A stretch of 64,000 nucleotides of DNA from Octopus sinensis (GCF_006345805.1 NC_043000.1:113150001-113214000); one strand, 5' to 3'; shown: positions 25,815 to 38,075, counted from the stretch's first letter. Translations and numbers: made by a program. Notes: a model not told the origin generated them from the sequence alone.

Positions 25815-26472
25815 TATGAAGAGAGAAAAGGAGAGGGAGAGAGAGACAGCGAGAGAGTGGCAAAGAGAGCGGGAGAGAGGGGAGAGGCAGTGAGAGAGAG
25901 AAAGAGAGGAGGAATTAAAAAGGGTGGGAAATCTGTGAGAGATAGGTGTGTGTATACGAGTGCAGCAGGGAGAGAGATGGAGGGAGGAGATAGGACACTA
26001 TGGGAGAGAGAGAGCGCGCATGAGAGAGAGTGAGAGAGAGATTGAGAGAGAGGCAAAAAGGGCAGGAAAGATGGGAGAGGGAAAGATGGAGAGAGAGAGG
26101 AGGAATTAGAAAGGGTGAAAGATCTGTGAGAGGTAGGTGTGTGTGTACGAGGGTAGAGGGGAGAGCGATGGAGGGAGCAGATTGAAGAGTATGAGAGAGA
26201 GAGAGAGGGGATAAGTGAGAGGGGATAAGAGAGAGAGAAAGATAGAGAAAGAAGTGATGAGAGAGAGAAAATAGATGGGAGAGAGTGAGAGAGAGGCAAA
26301 GAGAGCGGGAGAGAGAGGAAGAGGGGCGAGAGAGAGAGAGAGAGAGAGAGGCGGAATTAGAAAGGGTGAGAAATCTTTGAGAGATAGGTATGTGCGTGTG
26401 GCAGTGTAGCGGGGCGAGAGAATGAGGGAACAGATTGAAGAATATGAGAGAGAGAGAAAGTGAGAGAGAGAA

Positions 26473-26508
<36 letters not shown>

Positions 26509-26570
26509 GGTGAGAGAAGGGAGGGAGAGAAGGGAGGGAGAGAAGCCGAGAGATAGCTAGAGAGAGTAGG
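25815..26570 (+). repeat. GA-rich tandem triplication (~190-250 bp units)
   Basis: ggaatta.aaagggtg..a.atct.tgagag.taggt.tgtg recurs at ~25912, ~26102 and ~26353. Confidence 0.88.
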
Positions 26571-27126
26571 GGAGCGGTGCGGACGCAATAGAACAATGGA
26601 CGCTATATTTAAACATTGTTTCAGTTATTCTTAAAATTCTGCATGATCTCTGTGATGGCCGAAAGAACAAAGAGCAAGGTCTTCCAGAAACCAATATTAA
26701 ATATGATCATTATTTCATTTAAAAGGGAACGTTGATTCCATTAGTCCAACATTTAAAACCTAATGTTGGAGCTAAACACAAAAATATAGCAGAAATAAAA
26801 CAAAACAAAACAAAATAAAGACACGTATATAACCAACAGAAACAACAAAATAATCTAGAAAAATGTCGGCCATTTTGCTTCTTTATTTCTGTGGTTTCTT
26901 TTATGTTTTTTTGTTTGTTTCTGTATATGCTCCATTGTATATTTGAATGGTCTTTGTTAATTAATCACTTTAATAATGATAATAATATTATTAATAATAA
27001 AAACTATAATCATTATTATGAGATAATATTAAGGAGGACGATAACGATGTCGACGAAGATGGATGTAATGATAAAAATCTTCATGGCTTCTATTGCCATT
27101 GTTTTTGCAGTCATCACCACCACCAC

Positions 27127-27159
<33 letters not shown>

Positions 27160-28744
27160 TTCGGAGTAATGCGTTCCTCCTGCTACTATTACTGCTACTG
27201 TGACTTCGACTAATATAATTTATCTCGCTATATATTAGAATAGCGTCATTTTCATTAAAACTATTTTTATAAGTGTTGCTTTAGTTATTTTAATTATTAG
27301 ACGTATTATTTTGTTGATATCCAAAAGGTTTATAACGTTATTTTTTAAAAAAGGCTGAGGGCTATCCATTAAGTTTTATTAAATATTATTATCATCGTTA
27401 CGGCTCGTATAAGCACGAAAGCTATTCGATGCTGTGGCTGACGGAAGCATAGCGTGAAAACAAACCCATACTTTGATCCCTGTAGGACCCTAGTCGTTGC
27501 TTGTTGTCCGACTCCAAACAGACGCGAGAAGTTCCTCACCGGCATTTTGTTAAATGTTCGGGAGAAGCCACAGAATAGAGACGATTGTTTTAATTGTTTA
27601 TCTGCTGCGAAATCATTATTTCAGCCGGTGAAATAGCATCTTATGTTTAGCGGGTTTGCGATGGAAAAAAACCAATAGATAGCGATCGATTTGTATTGCA
27701 ACCTATATAGTTACACGCTCGGCTTGGTTGCTAATGCTTTTGCGACAATCTCTTCTAATTGGCAACAAATTCGGGAGCATTTGAAATCGGCGTAAGTTGA
27801 GATGAAGACGAACTGGAACAAGGAAGACATCGTAGACAGCTTGAAGGTCATAAGCGTGCTCTGCAGAGTGTTATTGGTTTTGTATCAAAGATGCTGTCCA
27901 AAACGATGTTTGGTTGTCATCGGTTTGTGTAGTCTGCGATCCTTAACAGATTTGGTCACTAAGCCACCGCCTCACGTACCCTATCGCACATCATAATAGT
28001 ATTCGATCTAACAAGGACGACTTCTGATCACCTTTAATCAAAGTGTTCAATGGGTTCTGCAATGGGTTCTAAGTGGGTTTAGTCTATCTCCAGATATTTG
28101 ACCCCTACAATGTACGGTGGTCAAGCTAAACAGCCATTTATGGAAAACATTTACTACCAGTCACTCAGTCTATTAATAATGTCACTTTATGGCTATTCTG
28201 TAAGTTTTAGTGCTCGAGTATTCACTAAGAATGTTTGATATGCTTAAGAGTAACGCTGTCTAACATATCAGGCGAGTCTATTATGAATACCCTTGTACCG
28301 AGTAACTTAGCAAAGAATAGGATCTTTTCTTTGCCTAGAGGCTGTGGTAAAGGAATATTCATGACGGGTGCACTTGAAATATTTCAGGTCAGAGAACTTT
28401 CTCTCAGGTAAAACACCATTAGTTTCTTTAAGTACTGTTCAAAGAGGAAACTGATAATAAGATGGTGGTCCTTTCTTCCAGTAAGTCTTACGGAAGTTTG
28501 TGAAAGTGGCGAAATTGGCGTTGCTAAGCGAGCCGAGATCGACTACGTGTCTGTAGAGCTGGGGTAAGAATAAAAAGAAAGCAGCTTGTTTGGGGGATAT
28601 CATGGTAATCAATGTTTTTGTTTGGGGCCCTCCAAATGGTGGGGCAGGTAGCGTGTACATTTGTGTGTATATAGATTGTTATATCATGGAAAAGTCATCC
28701 CAGACAATGTATTTAAAGATATTCTCTGGATGTTGGCTATCTTT

Positions 28745-28895
28745 TATCCTTTATCTTTCACTTGTTTCAGTTTCCACCCTCCAAATACACTCACAAGTCC
28801 AAGGAAAGACACTTCTCTAAGGCCCCAAATGTAAGGCGTAGTGTGACTGAACCCGGAACCAAGTGGTTGTGAAGTAAGCTTTTTACCACATAGCG
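28745..28895 (-). mobile_element. Degenerate SINE family A, 5' half
   Basis: cactcacaagtcc...gacacttctc...gtgactgaacccggaaccaagtggttg...ttaccacatagc. Confidence 0.75.
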
Positions 28896-28959
28896 ACGAA
28901 GATTATATTTTTAATCAGTAAATATGGTGCTCTATTCTTTGAAGAGAGTTTAATGGACG

Positions 28960-30765
28960 AACTTTCCTGAAAGAGATAATTGAAAAATATTGAAATGAAG
29001 GAAATTGTTCGTGATAGTAATATCCAGTTAATTTTGGTTTGAACTTTTCAATACAATATTAGAGTAAACTTTTTATTGTCACACTTTCTGTCCATTTAAA
29101 ACAAAGGAAATGTCTTAAAAAGTTCTTCGACTACAGCTATCCAGTATATTGGCACATTGCTGTGTTGTTGTTCTCTTATGTGTTGTCAGAGTATCCGTAT
29201 CCTCTCTATTAAATCATTTCCGATTTGTCCATTAAAAAATTCTTCCCCTCTCCCTGGTTGAATTCAATGATATATATAATATTCTTGTTGTTGCAAGTCA
29301 GTATTTGTGCGTAGATATATGGTAGTACCATACTTTGTCGTTAATTGCCTACCGGAACAAACATATTGGCGAGTAACACGTTGACTGTCTACATAAATAT
29401 TTACATTAATTTTTTTCTGCTTTCATCCTGGTCAAATTCCCCCAGATCATTTTACGGATGTATTTTGCTTTAAGCTATCGTTTTAATATTTACCGATTCG
29501 TGCAGCACCGTATACTTTCTTTTTCTCTGCTTCCATTTATCCTTTAAAAAAAAAACTTTGTATCAATATTTGCTGGAGGTTTTCGATTACATATTTTATC
29601 AGTGGTAGCGGATGATCAGGTCCGATTAAACATTTTCCTAATCCTTGCAAGCGTTTGCTTATAGTTCCTCTGTCGTCAATTATTGTACATATTTTCCGAA
29701 GTCACATCAAGGGAATACTACCCTGTATTGGTTAAGCCGCATGAACTGGAATTTTAATATTGGTATATATTAGTGCCAAAAGGAGACAATTTTTAAATTG
29801 GTTCTCTTTTTAATTATTGTGATTTCCAGGATAGCTACTTGTATTCTTTTGTGAATTTTATTTGTGTAAATTATTTAAAACACTAGAAAATTCTTTCAGT
29901 ATTAATCAGGTCTTATCCAAGTACAAAACATATTTCAGTACCATTTACTTGATGATTTGATATGCCTGGCAATATCGATACCAAATTTGGTCACCACATC
30001 TTAAGTTTCCGTTCCAAGAACGCATTAACAAGAGATGTGTAAGTAGAAACGACTTTTGTCACCATAGCTATCCCATAACAACAATTGAAAGTGAAATAGT
30101 TTATTTCTTGAATAAGTGTAGCAGAATCCAGAAGGAACTTAGGTAATCTTTTTAGGAACTTTTTCTCTGTGTTTCACCACACAATATCTGAGAACAGCAA
30201 TAACTAATCATCGCCTCCTAGAAAGGAAGCATTTACTGACGTAACATGTTATGAAGGATCAAAGTAATTTCAAAAAGATAATTAAGGTAGTTAAATGGCA
30301 TGAAGAATCCACTATTATAAGTCTTTGTTTCAGATCATCGGGGGCCTATTTACGTTTATTCAGTGTTTCCTTCCACATCTGCATCTGGAAAATCCTTTAG
30401 TCTTTGTATTTTCAGGAGGCTGTTAAAGAAAAGTGATTTTTCTTTCTCCTTTTAACCTTCATCAGATTTGTTTATCGAAATTTGAAACAATAAATTCTGG
30501 GATATTAAATCTTTGATGCTACATAGTTACGCTATTTACGACTGCAAATGTAAACACGTCTTTTAAACCTAATGACAAGGTTATTCATACGAGGATAATT
30601 AGTACAAAATATGAAGAACGAGATGATTGGGCTTACATATTTAAAACCAACAATAGTTTGGCGGAGTTATGTATTTGAAATATAGGGTTTGTATTATTGT
30701 AGATGGCCTCATCGACATTTATACTATCCTCTTCGTCGAGGTAGTTACTGATCATTTGTGCCTGT

Positions 30766-30822
<57 letters not shown>

Positions 30823-31190
30823 GAAAACATGTACCTCAGACTGGTGTTATAAAAGACTTGAGATAACAAAATAAGATATTTTGTTTTGCTTGCACTCTAT
30901 CAGTTTCACCGATCATCTGTTTCGTTGGCAAAATTTATGTTGGTTCCTATATTTGAGAGTCTGCCAAAATGAATGGTTTGTCTCTGGAAAGGTTGATTAT
31001 ATCTTTAGCGTTGGTTATATTTCCCAGTCTTCTATGATGAAAAGAAATGTTAAACCGAACGGTTCATATCCCGGAGGTTCTATTGATGAACATAACGACT
31101 GTTTTCTCTTTCATCCGTTCATAACAGAAGCAGCTATCCAATGTTCTGTTTATTTATAAAAAAATATATTGAGAGATAATAAATAAACAC
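28960..31190 (-). mobile_element. Degenerate Penelope-like retroelement (RT plus GIY-YIG), interrupted by (GT)n at ~30765
   Basis: Manual minus-strand translation: NYFTFNCCYGIAMVTKVVSTYTSLVNAFLERKL (PLE RT G-AMG motif, ~30000-30110); TCNNKNIIYII...GQIG..L.ERIR..QHIREQQH...FKTFPLF...EKFKPKL (GIY-YIG, ~29020-29310); INLS-like N-terminal segment near 30980. Many stops and frameshifts. Confidence 0.8.
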
Positions 31191-31257
31191 CTGTGCAAGA
31201 AGCGGTGCTACTTTATTTTTCTGTGGTCGTATGACCTCTGTAGCTTTTTTAAATCTT

Positions 31258-31365
31258 GTTATAGCTACGGCGGTACATATTCTAAAATTGGAACGATACA
31301 CAGAAGATTAGCATGGCCCCTGCGTAAGGATGACACGCAAATAACAGAAGCGTTCCATATTTTTT
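31258..31365 (+). pseudogene. U6: U6 snRNA full-length copy, probably a pseudogene or variant
   Basis: gttatagctacggcggtacatattctaaaattggaacgatacacagaagattagcatggcccctgcgtaaggatgacacgcaaataacagaagcgttccatatttttt aligns end to end to canonical U6. The ACAGAGA box reads ACACAGA and the 5' stem carries mismatches. Confidence 0.9.
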
Positions 31366-31367
31366 CA

Positions 31368-31490
31368 TAGGCGCAGGAATGCCTGTGTGGTTCGAAGCTT
31401 GGCATCATGGGCAAGTGTCTTCTATAGCCACGAGCTGGCCAAAGCCTTGTGAGTGAATTTGGTAGACGGAAACTGAAAGAAGTCTCTCAT
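31368..31490 (+). mobile_element. SINE family A, 5' half with internal deletion
   Basis: taggcgcaggaatgcctgtgtgg...gggcaagtgtcttctatagcc...gacggaaactgaaagaag, starting a few bases after the U6 T-tract. Confidence 0.85.
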
Positions 31491-31496
31491 ATATAT

Positions 31497-31531
<35 letters not shown>

Positions 31532-31689
31532 CATCATCAACATCATATATATATATATATATATACTGCGTAACGACTGCGGTAAGTTGAGGATAGGACT
31601 TGTAATATGGGCTGTAGATGCGGTGGAAAGTGCGAATAGCATTGGTCGTCGTACAGGTGTGGGAGACCAAATAACTTTGTTACGGTGAG

Positions 31690-32130
31690 TGAGGTGGTGG
31701 TGGTGGTGGTGGTGGTGGAATTTGTAGTAGTTTGGTTGTGGTACGGTTATTCGATAGGGTGCATGGGTAAGTTTAGAGAGTTGGAGAAAAAACAACATGG
31801 AGATATGATTAACGTCTGTGATGATGATGATGATGATGATGAGGATGAGGATGATGATGAGGAGGAGGAGGAGGAGGAACACGAGGGGGAAGAACACGAG
31901 GAGGACGAGGCTGGTGATGGCGATGGTGGTGGTGGTGATGGTTGTGCTTGTGGTGAAGATAATGATGATGACGATGATGATAGTGATGATGATAGTGATA
32001 ATGATGATGATGATGATGACAATAATGATGAGGATAATGTTGATGAAGATAACGATGATGATGTTGGAGGTAGTGGTGGTGATGATGATGATGACCATAA
32101 TGTTGATGATGATGATTCAATCGATCACAG
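31690..32130. repeat. (GGT)n/(GAT)n/(GAG)n low-complexity triplet field
   Basis: Direct reading; gives overlapping ORFs in several frames. Confidence 0.9.
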
Positions 32131-33429
32131 TGGTAAACGTTCTCCCTATTGCGCAGATGTTGCTGAGGTTTGTGTGGTTGACGATAGTGGTGATGGTGGT
32201 GATGTTTGGGAAATGACGAGTGAGGGGCATAACACCGATAATCTCCGCCGCGATGAGGAGGGCGCTGAACTTTCGAAGTGTGAAACAGAAACGATATGGT
32301 TAAAAGATGATAAAATATGGCGGAAATAGATAATGATGAATGTTGGGGTTGAAGTAGTAGTAGTAGTAGTAGTAGTTTGAAGAAAAAAAAGAGAAAAAGT
32401 TATAAGTAAATGAGAAACAGTTAATGCCGAGAGGCAGAGGAGGTGGGAAAATGGGAAAAACTGATGGACGAGAAATAAAGAAAGGGAGAAAGAAGAAGAA
32501 GAAGAAGAAGAAGAAGAAGAAGAAGAAGAAGAAGAAGAAGAAGAAGAAGAAGATAATACCGGAAGAATGGGGTGGAAATACGGAAGTTTAAAGATAGAAG
32601 TATTGGAATGAAGGAGTGATGTGTGATTGGTGCAAAACGTTGTGTCTTGGAATAATGTATGAGATTCTCGTTCTATGATGAAGGAGATATTTTATTCGTA
32701 TTTTATTAACTTTATTTTCTCGTTATCTCTCTTTTTCTTCGCTCTCCCTTTCTCTCCCTGTCCATTTCTCTCTTTCTCTCACGTACACATGCATTGACAA
32801 ACTCACAAACCGGTTCGCAACAATTCATATTTAATGCGATATGGTCTTGTCAACTTCGAACCGTCTGTACCACACATTATTTGCCTAGCCTCTAACTTCC
32901 CCTCACGTCATGTCTTGTCTATGACACCTGCGTGACGTCTCGGTCCAACTTATGATTGACGTATCATTCCTTCTGTACTACACAGGAAACCTCGCACGAG
33001 TTTCTCTTCATTTGAACGACATTTTTACTTCGTTTTTTTTTCTTTATTTTTATCTTTACAGCAGAAACTTCCTTCAGCGAAATAATCTATCATTGATTTC
33101 TGGTGAAGGCCTCTTCCAAAATACTAGTCTCAGAGACTTTCTGTTCTGTTTTTCTAAAACTAAAGCTTTGCGGCTCACATGCAACCAGTAGGGACTTTTA
33201 ATCAGTTACATTCGAAACAATGAGGAATTCTCTATATGGTAGGTCATTCTGCAAGAAATAACAACCATAGGCGCAGAAGTGGTTGTGGTAAGAAGCTTGC
33301 TTCCCAACCACATGGTTCCGGGTTCAGTCCCACTACGTATCACCTTGGGCATGTATCTTCTACTATAGCCTCGGGCCGACTAAAGTCTTATGAGTAGATT
33401 TAGTAGACGGAAACTGAAAGCAGCTCGTC

Positions 33430-33468
<39 letters not shown>

Positions 33469-33469
<1 letters not shown>

Positions 33470-34737
33470 CAGGTCATCCCATAAGTTTTGTCCGAATTTT
33501 GAAGAAAGAAAACAAGTGATCAAATGTTATACTTAATTGAAATTTAATCATCAATGTACTTTCCCTGATTATCTATGACTTCCTTCCATCTATTTACAAG
33601 ATTTTTAATCCCATCAATATAAAACTCTTTTGGTTTCAAAGCGAAGAACTTTGAAATGTCAGTTTCGACCTCCTCCTGGCATGCGAAAGTTATGTCCCCC
33701 AAATGATTCTGTAAACTACGCAACAAATGGTAACCTGAAGGAGCAAGGTCGGGAGAATAAGGTGGATGAGGAATTTCTTCCCAACCAAGGTTTTCGATTT
33801 TCTGTGATGTGATTTTGCAGTGTCGGGTCGCGCATTGTCCTGATGAAACATCACTCCTTTTCGATTAAAAAAAGCGGGTCTTTTTTTCTTCAAAGCTTGG
33901 TTCAAATGCTCTAATTGCTGACAGTAGACTTGAGCATTGATTGTTGCATTAGGTGATAACAGGCGGTAACAATTCAAAGTGAATTACTCCTTTGAAATCC
34001 CACCAGATAGAGAGAAGAAACTTTTTCCCATGAAGTTGCCTTCTCGGTTGCCTTCTACTTAGTCACTGTCTACGACGTTTAGCATTTCGATAGAAGATCC
34101 ATTTTTCGTCATCAGTCACAAGTTTATCCAAAAATGGTGAAATGAGTTCGCGAGAATGGAGAGAAGATCAGATGTCAACTCGGGATTTGCGGTTGCTTTC
34201 GGACAATTCATGAGGCACCCATTTTCCAAGTTTAAGAATCTTTCCAAGTTGTTGAAGATGACGATGAACAGTTGTATGGTTTGAACTAAGCTTTATTGCC
34301 AATTCTTCAACTGATAATGTAGGATTTTCTTCAAGCAATGCCTCAAGGTGCTTATCATCAAACTCAACTGGACGTCCTGTTGGATCTTCATCTTCAAGGC
34401 TGAAATCTCTACTTCTGAATTTTGCAAACCATCTTCTGCAAGTTATTTCATTCAAGCATTCTTTCCCATAAACTGAGTGTATGTTTCGAGTCACTTCGGC
34501 TGCAGAGTTTCCTTTTTTGTACTCATAAAGCATTATGTGCCTTAAATGCTCTTTGGATATTTCCATGTTATAAAAGGTTTTAACCAAAGAAATTTTAATT
34601 CTATTATTCTGTAAAATAATATTTAATTAGTTTAAATGTACACAAATGCATAAAAATAATTTTTCATTCCATTAGACATTCTAAAACACTATTAAATTTC
34701 ATTCTATTTTAAAAAAGCTAAAATCGGACAGAACTGA
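33469..34737 (-). mobile_element. Mariner (DD34D-type) DNA transposon, near full length, inactive
   Basis: TA-flanked, ~1.27 kb. One TIR is tcaggtcatcccataagttttgtccgaatttt; the other is internally deleted (aaaatcggacagaactga). Confidence 0.95.
33544..34566 (-). pseudogene. Mariner transposase pseudogene (frameshifted)
   Basis: MEISKEHLRHIMLYEYKKG...WVPHEL; LVTDDEKWIFY; HQDNARPD; PHPPYSPDLAPSGYHL; RWKEVIDNQGKYIDD, spread across several frames. Confidence 0.95.
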
Positions 34738-35289
34738 TATATATGTATGTACGTACGTATGTATGTATGTATGTATGTATGTATGTATGTATGTATGTAT
34801 GTATGTATGTATGTATGTATGCATGTATGTAAGTATATATTTATGTGTCTGTGTTTATCCCCACTATCCCTTCAAGTTGGTGCGTTTACGTCCCCGTAAC
34901 TTAGCAATTCGGCAGAAGAGCCCGATGGAATAAGTTCTAGGCTTACAAAAAATAAGTTCTGGGATCAATGTAATCGACCGCAAAAAATTCGGGCCTTATG
35001 CCAAGAATAGAAAAGAATATTAAAAGTCGACTTTCCAGCCATGACTATCTCATCTTAATGGTCCAGATATAATATGAGTAAGATTACATTATCTGAAATT
35101 TCCTTTTTTTGAGAATTGGTTATTTGAAGAAACCTTACACAATATTTGTTTTAGGCTGATAGACCTCTATATTTCTTGAATAATGCTGTTTGTGACGGTG
35201 TTGTGATACTTGTTTTAGACTAATGTCAGCCCTGGTGACACATACTAACGACGAAAATTGACAAACAATAAAGCGTCAGGCTTTGTGCT

Positions 35290-35470
35290 CTAGTTGTAAG
35301 AGTGTTACACTCACAATTGTTAGGTTGTGGGTTCCGTTCTGAAATCGAGCAGCGCTTTGTGTTCTTCAGTAAACACTTCTTTATGCATTGCTCACGTACA
35401 CTAATGTGAAAACAAGTACCAACAGCAGTTGGGGGAATAACCCTGTGAGGGATTGGCTTCCTGGCCAGAG
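35290..35470 (+). mobile_element. Old degenerate CORE-like SINE
   Basis: ggttgtgggttccgttctg...gtgttcttcagtaaacacttc...aaccctgtgagggattggcttcctggccag. Confidence 0.4.
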
Positions 35471-36364
35471 ACGTAAGGTTCTTGTTTCATCCTAATAGCA
35501 TTGAAAGTCTTGAGCCTTTCTGCTGAAAGCAGGTCGATTTTATCATATGTATATATCCATTCTTTTTGTTTTACTATTACTTGAAACCTGTTTCAGGAAT
35601 ATCGACTGACAACGTAACTGCTTCACAAGGCACATCTCCAATGTTTTAAGAGGATTTCATAATTTAATTTCACCAAAATATTTCATACATTAAATCTGAA
35701 CCGATGAATGAGGATATCGAACACTGAAAGAGAAAAGTAAATATCATAGTTTTGTGGCTCATGTGAAGGATAGATTATGGTTCATGCCATAATGTAGGAT
35801 TTCCGAATCCGCTCTTGCAATTAGACACTTGCAGACAGCCATCAGTTGCGAGCTCTTTCCTGTGGGGCTATATTCTACGAGATAAATGACTAAGTGCAGT
35901 ACTTAGCGCGCCACCTTGCGGTTAGATGAAACAATGATGATGGAAATAGGAAACACAAGTCAGTTGAAACAGCATGAGTAGAGTTTCTGCTGCTTCAATT
36001 GTCATCTCTTTTGCTCATCCTTGTAAAATGGACATCCATGTCAAATGGAGTCTCTTTCTTCTCCGGCGAAATTATTTTCTTTTTCTAACGAAGACTTACT
36101 GTTGTGGACTTCAAATACGAAATAACACGTTTCTCTTTTACGTTAGAGCGTTTTATCTTCAGAGATAATCATCCGTCCACGATGCGACAGCAAGGAAAAT
36201 CTGAAACCAGGACTTCGTTACGGTGACGGCTACACTACTCCTGCTCACAAATGGGTCGCTATGTCATGACTAGTAAAACATTCTAAATTAAATTATGCCT
36301 TCACATTTGCAAGCCAAAGTAGCTCCAAATAACTGGAATGTGACTCGAATATTACAACAGCAGC

Positions 36365-36560
36365 AAGGTGACAAGATGGCAGAATCTGTAGCAAGTCAGG
36401 GAAAATGCTTAGCAACAAATCGTTCGTCTTTACATCCTGAGCTCAAATTCCGCCGAAGTCCTTTATTTTCATTCTTGCTGGGTTGACAAAAATAAAGTAC
36501 GAGTGAAATACTGGGGTCGTTGTAATCGGCTACAGCTTCCCCTCAGAATTCCCAACATTG
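36365..36560 (+). mobile_element. Degenerate SINE family B monomer
   Basis: ggtgacaagatggcagaatc...aaatgcttagc...gagctcaaattccgccgaagtc...ggggtcgttgtaatcggc. Confidence 0.75.
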
Positions 36561-36592
36561 TTTTAATTTCAGAAACTATTATTACATTCAAT

Positions 36593-37012
36593 AAGGCGTG
36601 CTGGCAAAAAACGTTAGCACGCCAGGCGAAATGCTTAGCGGGATTTCGTCTGCCGCTACGTTCTGAGTTCAAATTCCGCCGAGGTCGATTTTGCCTTTCA
36701 TTCTTTCGGGGTCAATTAAATAAGTACCAGTTACGCACTGGGGCCGATATAATCGACTTAATCAGTTTGTCTGTCCTTGTTTGTCCCCTCTGTGTTTAGC
36801 CCCTTGTGGGTAGTAAAGAAATAGATATTTCGTCAGCCGTTACGTTCTGAGTCCAAATTCCGCCGAGCTCGACTTTACCTTCTAGCCTTTCGGGGTTGAT
36901 TAAATAAGTATCAGTTACGCATTGGAATCGATGTAATCGACTATCTCTTTTTGTCTGTTCTTGTTTGCCCTCTTTTTGTTTAGCCCCCTGTGGGCAATAA
37001 AGAAATAAATAT
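36593..37012 (+). mobile_element. SINE family B, head plus two 184 bp units
   Basis: Units start at 36642 and 36826. Confidence 0.92.
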
Positions 37013-37544
37013 TACTCAAGCATCAATCTCTGTGTTAGTTTAAGTTGGTTTATTTTCGTTTGAGTGAAGTGTGTAAATCCACAAGCGTCCATTGTTAATT
37101 TAAAAAAATATAAAGTAATGTGAAGAATGAGTGACATCTATGCCGTTTTCTTGCATGTTGACAATGAAAAACTAACAAAATATTTTTAGAGAAGATAAGA
37201 AGTGAGTGGGGGAAAACGACAAAAGAATTTTATCTTTCCGCCTGTTACGAACCTTGTTGGAGAATTTTGCAGATTTAATTAAAAAAATAAAACTACTTCA
37301 GTTTTAACAAAAACAACAACATGAAACACAAACAACAACAATTATTGTTCCTTTATTTAGTTTCTCCTCTCATCCCACCTCCCAAACCCTTGACGTATTT
37401 TGGAGAAGAATCGATGCAAATATCGTATATGTGTGCTTGGGTAGCCATGTATGTGTGTGCCTGCGTATGTGGTTATGTGTGTGTATGCATGTACGTATGT
37501 ATGGTTGTGTGGCATGAAAGAGAGAGAGTGTGTGTGTGAGTTTG

Positions 37545-38075
37545 AGAAAGAGAGCACGAGTTTGAGAGAGTTTGAGAAAGAGAGAGAGAAAGGGTACTAG
37601 AAAATCAGGCAATAAATAAATATTAGATAGAAAGAGGGGGAGAGTGTGGGGGAGTTTGATAGAGAGAGTTTGAGAGAGGGAGTTTGATAAAGAGTTTTTG
37701 AGAAAGAGAGATCTTGAGAGAGAGAGATTGAGAGAGACTGTACTAGAAAAACAGGCGATAAATAAATATTAGATAGAAAGAGAGAAAGTGGGGGGGGGAG
37801 AAAGAGAGAGAGAGAGAGTCTGAGAGAGCGAGTTTGAGAGAGAGAGAGAGCCTGAGAAAGAGAAAGAGCACTAGAAGAGCGGGCAATAGACAAATATTAG
37901 AGAGAAAGAGAGAGAGAGAGGTAGAGAGAGGGAGAGAGGGAGAGAGGGAGAGTGAGACAGACAGATAGACGGAACGACAAAAATAGAAAGAGAGAGAAAA
38001 TGAGAGAGAGAGAGAGAGGGAGAAAGAAAAAGCTGGAAAAGAAAGAGAGTGAGAGAGAAAGAAAGCGAAAGAGTG
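37545..38075 (+). repeat. GA-rich tandem repeat with ~130-145 bp period
   Basis: g.actagaa.a..g.gc.ata.a.aaatattaga.agaaa recurs at ~37594, ~37740 and ~37868. Confidence 0.82.

Larger units (their letters stand above)
33269..34965 (+). mobile_element. SINE family A split by a mariner insertion (5' half 33269-33430, 3' half ~34840-34965)
   Basis: The two halves are colinear, and the mariner sits in the internal microsatellite between them. Confidence 0.88.

Noticed and set aside
31685-32329. 214 aa acidic ORF (poly-D/E) and the overlapping His-, Ser- and Met-rich ORFs
   Set aside because: All arise from (GAT)/(GAG)/(GGT) repeats open in several frames on both strands; no recognisable domain, and the start is non-ATG.
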